A stretch of 64,000 bases of DNA from an uncultured Gemmataceae bacterium (GTDB lineage Bacteria > Planctomycetota > Planctomycetia > Gemmatales > Gemmataceae): assembly GCA_963750165.1 (NCBI GenBank), contig CAVVPN010000011.1:2016001-2080000 (forward strand), written 5' to 3'. This document shows, piece after piece, positions 1-12,004 of the stretch. Position 1 is the first letter of the stretch. Every line of letters starts with the position of its first letter. The notes under the pieces are model-generated. The model had not been told where the DNA came from. It was given only the letters and a program-made list of their open reading frames with translations, and made no database searches. Both the position numbers and the translations under genes were made by a program.

Positions 1-142
1 GGCGCGCACGATGGGTTGAGCGAATTGCAAACGCCATGCCCGAGTGGCGGCCCTGAATTCGCCTCCCCATCTTCTTGCCCGCGGGGGACGTTTCGGGGTA
101 AGATAAAAAACCTGGATGACGTACCCGCCTGGAAGAGCAATC

Positions 143-1590
<1,448 letters not shown>

Positions 1591-1649
1591 GAGGAATTCA
1601 CCACAGAGAGCGCAGAGAGCGCAGAGAAAAGACAAAGAATTGTTTTTTC

Positions 1650-3156
1650 GACACTTTAGCATCAACAGTGGCCCGAATCAGGATCGGAGCGAGCGTGGTG
1701 CAGGGTTTTCAGAGTCCGAGCGCGTTGGCCAGCGCAGTTCGCGGTTCATGTCCAAGGCCAGGCGCTGGTCCAAGTGCTGCTTGGTCCGCACTCCGTAGAT
1801 GCTCTTCTGCGCCTTGCGGAAACGCCGATTGGCCCGCTCTACCGCGTTGCTTGTCGATCCCAACAAACGGTCATCCAAAAACAGCAGCGCCTTGGCCAAA
1901 CCGGGACTATTCAACTCCCGCAAGGCACGCGCCAGGCGCTTGAACCGCCGCACCCGTTGCCGCAATTTCAGCAGACGCCACAGCGCTGTCACTCGCCGGC
2001 AACGGCGGTCGAACAAGCGGTATACTTCGTCCATGATGTCACGCAAGACACGTAGGTGCGGCTGGCCGCGCAGTCAGGCGCTTCAGCAGTTGCTTCTGGG
2101 CCGCGCTGAGGTGATGTCGCACGAACAAGTGACGGTGCTCGAACAGGTCCGCGACGCGCTGCTGCAACCGCTGGCTCCGCCGCGCCTGGGCTTGGTCCTG
2201 TTGGCGGGGTCGGCCGCGCCGCTGCTTGGGGATCGTGGCCTTGATCTGCTTGCGCAACTTGGCCAGCGCCCGCAGTACCGCCTTGGTGATCTCCTTGAGG
2301 ATGTGGAAGCGGCAACGCTGGTGCGGGACAGCAGGCCACAACTCCTTGAGCACCTTGGGATAAAGCGGCGACCCGTCCGTGGTGATGCCGCGCACGGCCA
2401 GGCCGCGTTGCTGCAACTGCGCCTGGAAGTCCGTGAGGAAAACGCGGACGTCGTCCTGCGTCGGGTCGTGTTCGAGGACGCGGACGGCCAGCCGGTGGTA
2501 GCGGCGGTTATCCACCACGCTGAGGATGCAGTGCGGGCCATCGTAGACTTCGTCGATGGCCAGGTAACCGGAGAAGTCAGCCAGGGCCTCGTCGAGATAG
2601 GTGCTGGACAGGCCGGCCACCTTTTTTTTCCCCAGCCGCCTCGACCCAGTTCTGGATGGTGGCGTAGGGGACGAAGACGCGGTGGTCGCGCCAGAGATGC
2701 CAGGAGGCGGCCTGGTAGGGCAGCCCATCCTCGGCCACCAGGCGGACGGCCAACTCCTGGACGCGGCGGGTGTAGTGGCACTTGGGCCAGGCCAGGTCGG
2801 AGAGCTCGACGGCGAAGTAGCAGTCACAGTGGGGGCAGTGATGTTTGGAGTAGGTGACGCTGAGGTCGATGGGGCGGCCGACGCGCGGGTCGCCCAGGTC
2901 GTGCAAGGTGCGGACGTCAATGCTGTAGCGGCCGGCGCGGGCACCACAATGGGGGCAGCGGCGTGCGCGGTAGTTACGGCTGCGGCGTTCGCGGCGCGGC
3001 TTGGGGAGGTCTTCGGGCGAGGAAATGCCCTCGGTGACGTCCGGGACGTACTCGCCTGGTCCGAACATGGCTGTGCCCTCCACACCCAAATGCCCCCCCT
3101 ATATTCATTTTACGCCTGGTCGGGCCGGATTCGGTCACCGGCTATGCTAAAGTCTC
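1650..3156 (-). mobile_element. Insertion sequence (~1.5 kb) with DDE transposase
   Basis: Imperfect TIRs GACACTTTAGCAT... / ...ATGCTAAAGTCTC; 8-bp direct repeat GTTTTTTC at 1642-1649 and 3157-3164. Confidence 0.92.
1678..3068 (-). CDS. DDE transposase with N-terminal zinc ribbon, in three frames (shifts near 2625 and 2071); ISL3- or IS256/Mutator-like, family not resolved
   Basis: CPHC...CPHC, LAIDEVY, ITTDGSPLY, HQRCRFH, STSNAVERANR motifs across ORFs 2577-3089, 2039-3085 and 1678-2046. Confidence 0.88.
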
Positions 3157-3219
3157 GTTTTTTCCCACTTTTTGTCTTTTCTCTGCGCTCTCTGCGTTCT
3201 CTGTGGTGAATTCTCTTTT

Positions 3220-4104
3220 TTAATACGGCAAGTCCTTCAGCGCCTCGCCGAACTCCGCCGCCGACTGGAAGCGCAGTTTCGGCTCGCGCTCGACTGCCTT
3301 CATCAGAAACTGCGCAATGCGCAGGTCGAGGTCTTTCTTGAAGTCGCGCGGGTCGCGCTGCTGCGTGTTCATGTGGCTGAGCAGCGTCTGCATCGACTCG
3401 GCCTTCTCCCACGGCAACGTCCCGGTGTACATCTCGTAGGCGGTTACGCCCAGTGCGAACAGATCGACGCGGTGGTCCGTCGTCGTCCGCTTGATGAGTT
3501 CCGGGGCGAGGTAGTTCGGCGTACCAGTGCGGTTGCCCGGCTTGCAGAACTCCGGCGTGTATGGGATCGTCAGGCCGAAGTCGATGATCTTGACCACGTC
3601 TTCCTTGGTCACCATGATGTTGCGCGGGCACAGGTCGCGGTGCAGGTACTTCTGCTTGTGGACGTACTCGACGCCGGCCGCAATCTGCGCCAGCAGGTCG
3701 AGGCGCTTCTTTTCCAGCTGCGGGCTCCTGGTTTCGATCAGGAAATTCAGGCCCATGCCGTCGATCAGCTCCATGACCAGGTACTGCTCGCCCTTGGTGG
3801 TCAGGCCGTACTCGAAGGTCTGCACGATATTGCGGTGCCGCAGCGACGTGCAGATGGCGCCCTCCATCGGCCGCTTCATGCCCGGGAAGCGAGCCTCGAA
3901 CTTGGCGGTCTTTTCCTTGTCGAGCAGTTTCAGGCAAACGGTGCGGCCCAGCTGCTTGTCGCGGGCGCGCCAGACCTTGGACATGCTGCCCTGACCGGTG
4001 CGGCCGAGCAGGTCGAAGCGCTTCTCGACGTTGATGCGCGGCAGTTTCGTCTTGCCGCCACCGCCGCTCGCGAAGAGGCCCTTGAGACTGTCGAGGAATC
4101 CCAC
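3220..4104 (-). CDS. Hanks-type Ser/Thr protein kinase
   Basis: GQGSMSKV, CLK, HRDLCPRN, DFG, YLAPE, DLFALG motifs. Confidence 0.95.
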   Translation of the reverse strand: MGFLDSLKGLFASGGGGKTKLPRINVEKRFDLLGRTGQGSMSKVWRARDKQLGRTVCLKLLDKEKTAKFEARFPGMKRPMEGAICTSLRHRNIVQTFEYGLTTKGEQYLVMELIDGMGLNFLIETRSPQLEKKRLDLLAQIAAGVEYVHKQKYLHRDLCPRNIMVTKEDVVKIIDFGLTIPYTPEFCKPGNRTGTPNYLAPELIKRTTTDHRVDLFALGVTAYEMYTGTLPWEKAESMQTLLSHMNTQQRDPRDFKKDLDLRIAQFLMKAVEREPKLRFQSAAEFGEALKDLPY

Positions 4105-4152
4105 GGTTGCTTCCCTCAGGGAATGTCAGGCCCGACGCCTTCGGCGGCGCGG

Positions 4153-4971
4153 TTAATGCTCACAGTAGTCGATGATCCGGGCCAGTTCCGTCCGCAGGTC
4201 CTTGCGCGGCACGATGCGATCCACGAATCCGTGTTTCAGCAAAAATTCGCTGGTCTGGAAGCCATCGGGCAGTTCGAGCCGCACAGTGTTCCAGATGGTG
4301 CGCTTGCCGGCGAAGCCAATCAGCGCCCCCGGCTCGGCGAGGGTCAGGTCGCCCTGCAGCGCGAAGCTGGCGGCGACACCGCCCATGGTCGGGTTGGTCA
4401 GCACCGAGACGTACAGCCCGCCGGCCTGGTCGTAGCGCGCCAGCGCCGCCGACACCTTGGCCATCTGCATCAGCGACAGGATGCCTTCCTGCATACGGGC
4501 GCCGCCACCGGAGCCGCTGACGATGATGAGCGGCAACTGGCGCTGCGTCGCCTCCTCGGCGGCGCGGGTCAGCTTCTCGCCGACCACCGAGCCCATGCTG
4601 CCGGCCATGAAGGCGAAGTCGGTGACCCCGAAGACCACCGGCCGGCCGCGGATGTGGCCCTTGCCAACCACGGCCGCGTCGAGCATGCCCGTCTTGGCCT
4701 GTTCGAGCTTGAGGCGCTCGGCGTAACTGATGCGATCCTTGAATTCCAGCGGGTCGCGCGGCCGCAGGTCGGTGAACCATTCCTCGAAACTCTCCTCGTC
4801 GAGCAGTTGCTTGATGCGCTCGCGGGCTGGGAGGTAGAAGTGATGGTCGCACTCGGGGCAGACGCTGAGCCGCCTTTCCATTTCCTTGCGGAAGATGGTC
4901 GCCTTGCACTGGGGGCAGCGAATCCACAGCCCTTCCGGCACGCCCCGATTTGGCCTTCCTGCCGTTGCCAT
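4153..4971 (-). CDS. accD: Acetyl-CoA carboxylase carboxyltransferase beta subunit
   Basis: [11 protein letters not shown] zinc finger, [45 protein letters not shown]. Alternative start at 5004. Confidence 0.97.
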   Translation of the reverse strand: MATAGRPNRGVPEGLWIRCPQCKATIFRKEMERRLSVCPECDHHFYLPARERIKQLLDEESFEEWFTDLRPRDPLEFKDRISYAERLKLEQAKTGMLDAAVVGKGHIRGRPVVFGVTDFAFMAGSMGSVVGEKLTRAAEEATQRQLPLIIVSGSGGGARMQEGILSLMQMAKVSAALARYDQAGGLYVSVLTNPTMGGVAASFALQGDLTLAEPGALIGFAGKRTIWNTVRLELPDGFQTSEFLLKHGFVDRIVPRKDLRTELARIIDYCEH

Positions 4972-5069
4972 GGCCTTCCGGCTCTCGTTTGGTATCGTTC
5001 CCATTGGAATATGGTGTATATCTCAACCGAGCCGGGCGGCCCCGTCAAGGGGAAATGCCCGTAGAGTGG

Positions 5070-5123
5070 GCGGGGTCGCGTCAGCGCCCCGTGCGCGTCC
5101 ACGGGGCGCTGACGCGACCCCGC
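5070..5123. repeat. REP-like intergenic hairpin, 24-bp arms
   Basis: gcggggtcgcgtcagcgccccgtg-6 nt-cacggggcgctgacgcgaccccgc, with GTAG at 5061. Confidence 0.8.
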
Positions 5124-5134
5124 TCGAACAAGCC

Positions 5135-6325
5135 TCATTTCTCATCAATCTGCGCCAGCGCCGCGAACGGCGTGCCCTCGACGTACTCCAGGAACGCACC
5201 GCCGCCGGTGGAGACGTGCGTCATCTTGCCGTCGAGCCCGAATTCCTCGACCGCCTCAGCCGTCTCGCCGCCGCCGACGATGGTCGTCGCCTGCGACTGG
5301 GCCAGCGCCTCGGCCAGGGCGCGCGTGCCCTTGCTGTAAGGCGCGTCCTCGTATTTGCCCAGCGGCCCGTTCCAGACGACCGTGCCCGCCTGCGCCACCG
5401 CGGCGGTGTACAGCGCGATCGTCTTCGGGCCGATGTCCACGCCGATCCGGCCCTCGGGGATGTCGCCCTCGACCACCTGCGCGGTCTGCGGCGCGTCGAT
5501 CTTCTCGACAACCAGGTGATCGACCGGCAGCACGATCTTGCCCTGGCCGAGCTGGAGCAGTTCGCGGGCCACATCGAGCTTGTCGGCCTCGACCCTGGAG
5601 CCGCCGACGCCCTGGCCCTGCGCCTTCATGAAGGTGTACGTCATGGCGCCGCCGATCAGCGTTTGATCGACGATGCTGAGCAGTTTCTTGAGGAAGCCGA
5701 TCTTATCGGACACCTTGGCGCCGCCCATGATGCCGACCAGCGGCCGCCGTGGGGCCGACAGCAGCCGGTCGAGAATGTCCAGTTCCTTCGCCACGAGGAG
5801 GCCGACAGCGCGCGGCTTGCCGTGCATGGCGGCCGGCACCGCGACCATCGAGGCGTCGCTGCGGTGGCAGGTGCCGAAGGCGTCGTTGACGTACACGTCC
5901 GCCAGCTTCGCCAGCTGGGCCGCGAACCCGGCGTCGCCGGCCTGTTCGCCGGGGTGGAAACGGAGGTTTTCCAGCACCAGCACCTCGCCGGGCCTGAGCG
6001 CCGCGGCTGCCTGTTCGACCTGCGGCCCGACGACCGCATCGACCTTGTGGACCGGCTTGCCGAGCAGTTCGCCGAGGCGTTGCGCCGCGTGATCCATCCT
6101 GAACGGAGCGTCTTTTTTGGGGTCGCCCTTGGGCCGGCCGAGGTGGCTCATGACGATGACCGCAGCACCAGCGTCGAGCAGCTGTTTCAGCGTCGGCAGC
6201 GCGGCGCGAATGCGGCGGTCGTTGGTGATGTTGCCGGCGGCGTCGAGCGGCACGTTGAAATCGACACGCACCAGCACGCGCTGGCCCCGCAGGTCGGGCA
6301 AATCAGCGAGGGTCTTCTTGGCCAT
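5135..6325 (-). CDS. pgk: Phosphoglycerate kinase
   Basis: RVDFNVP, SHLGRP, LENLRF, NDAFG, GGAKVSDK, HVSTGGGA. Confidence 0.98.
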   Translation of the reverse strand: MAKKTLADLPDLRGQRVLVRVDFNVPLDAAGNITNDRRIRAALPTLKQLLDAGAAVIVMSHLGRPKGDPKKDAPFRMDHAAQRLGELLGKPVHKVDAVVGPQVEQAAAALRPGEVLVLENLRFHPGEQAGDAGFAAQLAKLADVYVNDAFGTCHRSDASMVAVPAAMHGKPRAVGLLVAKELDILDRLLSAPRRPLVGIMGGAKVSDKIGFLKKLLSIVDQTLIGGAMTYTFMKAQGQGVGGSRVEADKLDVARELLQLGQGKIVLPVDHLVVEKIDAPQTAQVVEGDIPEGRIGVDIGPKTIALYTAAVAQAGTVVWNGPLGKYEDAPYSKGTRALAEALAQSQATTIVGGGETAEAVEEFGLDGKMTHVSTGGGAFLEYVEGTPFAALAQIDEK

Positions 6326-6342
6326 GATGCTTCTCCCTTCTG

Positions 6343-6418
6343 GTCCGAGCCGGAGCGCCAGTCCGAGCCCGAGCGCCAGCGCGGGTTAGGCGCCTAACCC
6401 GCGCTGGCGCTCGGGCTC
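6343..6418. repeat. Palindromic repeat: perfect 54-bp palindrome 6365-6418 preceded by an 18-bp partial duplicate
   Basis: gagcccgagcgccagcgcgggttaggc|gcctaacccgcgctggcgctcgggctc; same family as 31920-31976. Confidence 0.88.
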
Positions 6419-6619
6419 CGACCGACCACAATAATGCAAGGTGTTGCCAGATTCGCGCTCTTCCTGCGATTCCAGGCATGAATAGGCGCCCAGGGCGCTC
6501 GTGTCAAGCAGGGCGCCGCGGCAGGCCCACCTATTGAAACCTTGTGGGACGGTTCGCTGAACCGATACAATGCCGCGAACAGGAGACCACCGAGATCGCA
6601 ACCGCAAAGGAGCACGTCG

Positions 6620-7240
6620 ATGGGCACACGTCTACTGATTCTGCTGTTGGGGTTGGTCGCGCTGCCGGGCCTGGGCTGGGCCGGGGGCGAAAAGACCCTG
6701 GTGGTGGAGAAGTTCGACGGCACCGGCCCCCGGTTGGGCAGCAGCTGGGAGACCTATCACGATGACAACAACCTCGGCACCAGGGTAAACCCCTTCGTCG
6801 TGGTGAAAGACGGCAATCCCAGGGGGGCGAAGGGGCACGGTCGCTTTTCCGGCCATGTGGGCAAGAGCAAGGAGCCGTGGCCCTGGGCGTCACTGGACCT
6901 GGCGTTCAACGACGACGGGCCGAAGGATCTGTCCGGCTACACGCACCTGCGCTTCTGGGCGAAGGGCGACGGCAAGAAGTATCGTGTCCGCCTCGGGCGC
7001 GTGGCGGTCGAGGATTATTGCGACCCCGAATTCGTGTTCGTGGCGCCGAAGGAGTGGACGCGGATCGTTGCGCCGCTGGCCAAATTCGCCCAGCCCAAGT
7101 GGGGCAAGCAGGTCAAGCCCGGCTTCAAGGACGTGACGCGAATGGGCTTCCTGGCGCTGGCCCCGGGCGATGACGAGGACTTCGATTTGCGCTTCACCGA
7201 GGTGGAATTCATCGCGGCAGCGCCGGCGAAGAAGCAGTAA
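6620..7240 (+). CDS. Secreted CIA30/CBM11-like carbohydrate-binding domain protein
   Basis: Signal peptide; DLSGYTHLRFWAKGDGKKYRV and F-x-P-x-EWT...P...FAQP pattern; AGGAG upstream. Confidence 0.75.
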   Translation: MGTRLLILLLGLVALPGLGWAGGEKTLVVEKFDGTGPRLGSSWETYHDDNNLGTRVNPFVVVKDGNPRGAKGHGRFSGHVGKSKEPWPWASLDLAFNDDGPKDLSGYTHLRFWAKGDGKKYRVRLGRVAVEDYCDPEFVFVAPKEWTRIVAPLAKFAQPKWGKQVKPGFKDVTRMGFLALAPGDDEDFDLRFTEVEFIAAAPAKKQ

Positions 7241-7487
7241 CGGGAGACACAGCACCCGGGGGGCCGGGAGGCCAGTGACACAGGGGTGTCACCGGTGCCC
7301 CGCCCCTTTCGGTGAATTTCTCGTTGACGGCGCGCACGGCGGCGGCCATGATAGCACCGGTTTTTACTTCCTCTGACAGCCCAACGTATGGGACGCTCAC
7401 CAACCGCCAGGGAGCCACCTCCCCCTCCCGCGGCCATGCTTCCCGGTGATGTCCTGCGGGCGTCCTTTCAGGAAGAAGTGGTGGCCC

Positions 7488-8561
7488 ATGTCCAGAACCG
7501 GTTCGTTCCTCCGGCAGTCGCGCGCCTTCACGCTCATTGAACTGCTGGTGGTGATCGCCATCATCGCCATTTTGATTGGCCTGCTCCTGCCCGCCGTCCA
7601 GAAGGTCCGCGAGGCCGCGGCCCGCGCCACCTGCCAGAACCAGTTGAAGCAACTGGCCCTGGCCGTCAACACCTACGAGAGTAATTACAAGGCGTACCCG
7701 CGCGGCGACGCCCTGAGTTCGTCCAGCTTTTCCACGGGCGACAACGGGGCCAGCTGGCTGTTCCTGGTGCTGCCGTACATGGAGCAGGACACCCTGTACA
7801 ACCAGGTCCGGGCGTCCGGCAGCCTGGCGAACGCGATCAACCAGGGCATCCTGCCGCACCTGCTGCCGTTCGCGCGCTGCCCCAGCGACGGCTGGAATCC
7901 GGACAACGCTTACCTGTGTAACTACGTCGGCTCGTCCGGGCCGCAGTGCAACAACACACCCTCGGGCAACTGCGACACGCCGATCTTTCAGAAATACTGC
8001 AACGGCGCCAACCAGAACTCGACCGGTCCGTCGGTGCCGCCGACGCTGAGCCCGCGGACCTACCCCGGCTACGACGCCAGCGCCAGCTGGGGCGACACCA
8101 GCGACGCCCATTTGCTGCGGGGCATGTTCTGCCGCGGCGGCGCCCTCATCCGCGTCAACGACGTGCGTGACGGCACGTCCAACACCATCCTGCTGGGCGA
8201 AATCCTGCCCGAGCTGTCCGAGTTCCAGCGCTACACTACTTACGGATGGGCGGGCAGCAACAATGTCTCGCAGGGCCAGACCATCCAGCCGATCAACTGG
8301 CCCATCGACCCCATTCCGCTGCCCGGCCCGGCCAACTACTCGGCCGATTGCCAGCAGACCGGGTCCGGAGCGTGCCCGAGCGGGCCGACGCACTGCATGT
8401 GGAACTGGCACGTCACCTGGGGCTTCCACTCCCGCCACCAGGGCGGCGCCAACTTCGCCTTCGCGGACGGCTCCGTCCACTTCCTCTCCGACAGCATCGA
8501 CCACCAGACGTACCAGTACCTTGGCTGCCGCAACGATGGCCAACCGGTCACCCTGCCGTAA
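7488..8561 (+). CDS. DUF1559 prepilin-type protein
   Basis: AFTLIELLVVIAIIAILIGLLLPAVQKVREAA, DGTSNT, SRHQGGANFAFADGSV (H-X9-DG). Confidence 0.97.
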   Translation: MSRTGSFLRQSRAFTLIELLVVIAIIAILIGLLLPAVQKVREAAARATCQNQLKQLALAVNTYESNYKAYPRGDALSSSSFSTGDNGASWLFLVLPYMEQDTLYNQVRASGSLANAINQGILPHLLPFARCPSDGWNPDNAYLCNYVGSSGPQCNNTPSGNCDTPIFQKYCNGANQNSTGPSVPPTLSPRTYPGYDASASWGDTSDAHLLRGMFCRGGALIRVNDVRDGTSNTILLGEILPELSEFQRYTTYGWAGSNNVSQGQTIQPINWPIDPIPLPGPANYSADCQQTGSGACPSGPTHCMWNWHVTWGFHSRHQGGANFAFADGSVHFLSDSIDHQTYQYLGCRNDGQPVTLP

Positions 8562-8581
8562 CAGCCCTCTCGGAGCATACG

Positions 8582-9049
8582 ATGTTGCACGTCCGCGTCT
8601 GGCTGCTGCTGCTGACCACCGCCGGGACCGTTCTGCTGACGACTGGCTGTGGGCAGCAGCAGCCCGTCTCCGTCCCTGTCAAGGGTATCCTCACCGTTGA
8701 TGGTAAACCACTCGCCAACGCCAACGTGCAGTTCCACGCCCAGGATCCCGGAGGCCAGGACGCCTACGGCACCACGAACGCCGAGGGTCGCTTTGAGCTG
8801 GCCAGCGGGCGCAGGCACGCCGCGGGGGCGCTGCCCGGCCGCTATAAAATCACCGTCACCTACTCCGCGCCCGTCGAGGCGGCCGCAGACCTGAAGACCG
8901 CGGCGGACGTGCAGAAGGCCGGAGTGTCCAGGAAACCGGGCCTGGTTCTGCCTGAGATTTACACGCAGCCCAACCAGACGGTGCTGAAGCACACGGTGCC
9001 GGACGACGGGGACGTGAAGCTGGAGTTGAAGAGCAAGTCAGGCAGTTGA
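8582..9049 (+). CDS. Lipoprotein, carboxypeptidase-regulatory-like domain (usual DUF1559 partner)
   Basis: Lipobox TTGC; VPVKGILTVDGKPL, GTTNAEGRFEL, GALPGRYKITV. Confidence 0.88.
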   Translation: MLHVRVWLLLLTTAGTVLLTTGCGQQQPVSVPVKGILTVDGKPLANANVQFHAQDPGGQDAYGTTNAEGRFELASGRRHAAGALPGRYKITVTYSAPVEAAADLKTAADVQKAGVSRKPGLVLPEIYTQPNQTVLKHTVPDDGDVKLELKSKSGS

Positions 9050-9077
9050 GCCCAGCACCTGGCGGAAAGTCGATTGG

Positions 9078-9401
9078 ATGGTAGAACTCCCAAACGCCTC
9101 GAATTTCCACTGTGCGCTGCGCACGAACCTGTCCCGGCAACAGGTCGCGGAGCTATTTCGGCCGCTGGCGACAACGATCCGCAAGTGCGCGTGGGATGAA
9201 TACGAGGTGCATTGTCCCTGGGCCGAATTGATCGTCGAGGCCGAGTCGCCCGTCCTCCTGCACGGCGCCGTGGCAGACGTGCTCGCAAACGCCGCCCGCC
9301 TCCTGGCTCCGCTGCAAGAGGCCGGGGTCGTCTACACGGCGGAATGCTACGACGAGGACGGTGAGCTGCTACGGGAGTTTTGCTCCCAGGAAGGAGTGTG
9401 A
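9078..9401 (+). CDS. Hypothetical protein
   Basis: 107-aa ATG ORF that fills the gap between co-oriented genes; no motif recognised. Confidence 0.6.
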   Translation: MVELPNASNFHCALRTNLSRQQVAELFRPLATTIRKCAWDEYEVHCPWAELIVEAESPVLLHGAVADVLANAARLLAPLQEAGVVYTAECYDEDGELLREFCSQEGV

Positions 9402-9406
9402 CGCCG

Positions 9407-11089
9407 ATGAAGAAGCTCGGCCACGTCACCGTGGACGGCCACCGGGCCGCGGTCGTCTTCCACGACCTGGCGGACGACCCGCTGTACTTCCGCGTCACGA
9501 TCACCTTCCACAAGCCGCGGTCGGCGCCCCGCATCCAGACCGCTCGCCTGCGGGTGACGCTGATGGAGCGCGACGGCGACCCTGACTACCCGCCCCTGAT
9601 GGGACTGTCGCCGCCGGGGCTGACCCTGCCCGAAAGCGCGGACGGCGACACGGTGACGGTGCGGGCCGACTACGGCTTCGACTCCGGTGACGGCTACGAG
9701 CGCGACATTACGGCGGTCGTCGTGTCCGTGGACGGGCTGCCGAAGGCGTTTTCCACGGAGGACACCGGCGGCCTGCCCGCACGGGTCGTGGCCGCCTGGC
9801 GGAACCTCGGCGCCTACTTCCACCCCAGGGGATACCCCCTCGACAAGGACGAGCCGACGGTGCCCGGCTTCAGCGTCACGCTGTCCCTGCTGGGGTTCAC
9901 ACGGCAGCTGCCGGTGCCGGCGAAGCCGTTCGGGCTGTACTGCTACGACCTGCCTGACGGGTTCCTGGCCAGGCTGCCGGGGCACGACCGGGCCACGGTC
10001 CTGTGGCTGTACACCAACAAGCTGTCGGCCGCCGACCTGAAGCAACTGTCCCGGTTGAAGCAGCTGCGCGTGCTGGCGATCGGCGGCCGACTCGGCGAAA
10101 CGGAGCTGAAGGTGATCGGCGGGCTGACGGGGTTGCGGCGGCTGCAACTGCACGGCGCCCGCGGCACCGTCGATACCCGGCACCTGGGGCTTTTGGCCGC
10201 CCTGAACCGGCTGGAGGCGCTGCACCTGGCGGGCGTCAAGGTCACCAACCGGCAGCTGGCGGCACTGGCGGTGTTCGACCGGCTGCAAACGTTGAGCATA
10301 TCGGAAACGAAGGTCTCCGACGCGGGCCTGGAACACCTGGCCGGGCTGACGCGGTTACGCACGTTGAAACTCTCCTATAACAGCATCCGCGGCCCGGGTC
10401 TGCAGCACCTGGCCGGGCTGACGCAACTGGAGGAACTGTACCTGTCCTGCAGCGGGTTGCGCGGCGGCCTGGAGGGCCTGGCCGGCCTGACGAAGTTACG
10501 TGCGCTGAATCTGAGCGGCTGTCTCCTCCCGGACGAGGAGCTGGCAGGATTGTCCGTATTGACGGGGCTGGAGACCCTGGACCTGACGGGGTCGTCAGCC
10601 ACCGGTGTTGGCCTGAAGGCGCTGGCCGGCCAGTCGCGGCTGCACACGCTGAAGCTGGGCGAGGGCAAAATCAGCGACGCGGGCTGTCAGGAACTGGCCG
10701 GCCTGACGGGGCTGCGGGTGTTGAATCTCGAATACTCCGGCGTCGGTGACGAGGGGCTGAAGGGAGTGGCCGGGTTAACGGAATTGCGCGCCCTGTTCCT
10801 GGACCGCACGCAGGTGACGGGCGCCGGCCTGAAGCACCTGGTCGGACTCAAGGAACTCCGCGAGCTGCACCTGTCCGAGACGCAGGTGGACGACGCCGGC
10901 ATGAAGTACCTGGCGAAGCTCGTGAACCTGCGCCGACTGAGCCTTTACCACACCTCGGTCACGGACGCAGGCCTGCGGCGCCTGACCGCGCTCCGGCAAC
11001 TGGAATTCCTGAGCATGGAAACCAACCACGTCACCAGGGCCAGCATCAAACGGCTGCGCCGGGCATTGCCGTGGACCTACCTCCGGTGA
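9407..11089 (+). CDS. Leucine-rich repeat protein
   Basis: Repeated ~24-aa LxxLxxLxxLxLxxTxVTDxGL units after an unrelated N-terminal region. Confidence 0.92.
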   Translation: MKKLGHVTVDGHRAAVVFHDLADDPLYFRVTITFHKPRSAPRIQTARLRVTLMERDGDPDYPPLMGLSPPGLTLPESADGDTVTVRADYGFDSGDGYERDITAVVVSVDGLPKAFSTEDTGGLPARVVAAWRNLGAYFHPRGYPLDKDEPTVPGFSVTLSLLGFTRQLPVPAKPFGLYCYDLPDGFLARLPGHDRATVLWLYTNKLSAADLKQLSRLKQLRVLAIGGRLGETELKVIGGLTGLRRLQLHGARGTVDTRHLGLLAALNRLEALHLAGVKVTNRQLAALAVFDRLQTLSISETKVSDAGLEHLAGLTRLRTLKLSYNSIRGPGLQHLAGLTQLEELYLSCSGLRGGLEGLAGLTKLRALNLSGCLLPDEELAGLSVLTGLETLDLTGSSATGVGLKALAGQSRLHTLKLGEGKISDAGCQELAGLTGLRVLNLEYSGVGDEGLKGVAGLTELRALFLDRTQVTGAGLKHLVGLKELRELHLSETQVDDAGMKYLAKLVNLRRLSLYHTSVTDAGLRRLTALRQLEFLSMETNHVTRASIKRLRRALPWTYLR

Positions 11090-11106
11090 GGACCGGCCGC
11101 ACCGCG

Positions 11107-12004
11107 TCAGAAGCGCCCCTGCCGCTTCAACAGGTACTCCATCAGCGCCCGGTCGAAGTTGACGCTGGTGTCCATCGGCACATAGTCGATGCGTGCCTTG
11201 GCGCACTCCTGGCGGTAGAACTCCCGGAACGTCCCCAGCGCCTCCAGGTAATCCGGCCGCATGGCCCTGGCGTCCAGCGTCATCTTCTGGTCCGCCTCCA
11301 CGTCCTTGAACTCGACGATGCCCTCGAACGGGAAGTGGACCTCCGCCTCGTCGAGGATGTGGAAGAGGATGATGTCGTTGCCGCGGTGGCGCAGGTGGTG
11401 CAGGCTCTGGATCAGCGGCGCCGGTTCGGTGAGCAGGTCGCTGAAGACCATGATGAGGCTCTTGCTGCGGATCATCGACGCCAGCTGGTGCAGACCGCCG
11501 GCCACGTCGGTCGGCGCCGGCTGGCTTCAGGTTCGCCAGCACCGCCAGCATGGTGCCCAGCTGCGTCCGCTTGCTGCGCGGCGGCAGGCAGGTGCGGATG
11601 CGCGTGTCGAACGTCACCAGGCCGACCGGATCCTGCTGGTGGATCATCAGGTAGCCCAGCGCCGCCGCCAGGCAAATGGCGTACTCGAACTTCGTCAGCT
11701 TCTGGCGATACGTGTAGGCCATCGAGGCGCTCAGGTCCATCGCCAGGTAGCCGGTGACGTTCGTTTCCGCCTGGAACTTTTTGAGATAATACTTGTCGGT
11801 CTTGGCGTAGATGTTCCAGTCGAGGTCCTTGAGGTCGTCGCCGTGGACGTACTTGCGGTGCTCGCTGAACTCGACGGAGAAGCCCTGGAATGGGCTGGCG
11901 TGCAGGCCGGCCAGGAAGCCCTCGACGATGAACTTGGCGCGCAGGTCAAGACGGGCGACCTGGCGGATGACCTCGGGCTTGAGATATTGTTCAGGGTTGC
12001 TCAT
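11107..12004 (-). CDS. DUF58 protein (MoxR partner); frameshift near 11516
   Basis: GLHASPFQGFSVEFSEHRKY, DWNIYAKTDKYY, DLSASM; C-terminal half in ORF 11107-11505. Confidence 0.93.

Larger units (their letters stand above)
1594..3213. repeat. Long inverted-repeat element (arms 1594-1636 and 3171-3213) split by an IS
   Basis: gaattcaccacagagagcgcagagagcgcagagaaaagacaaa and its near-perfect reverse complement. Confidence 0.9.
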
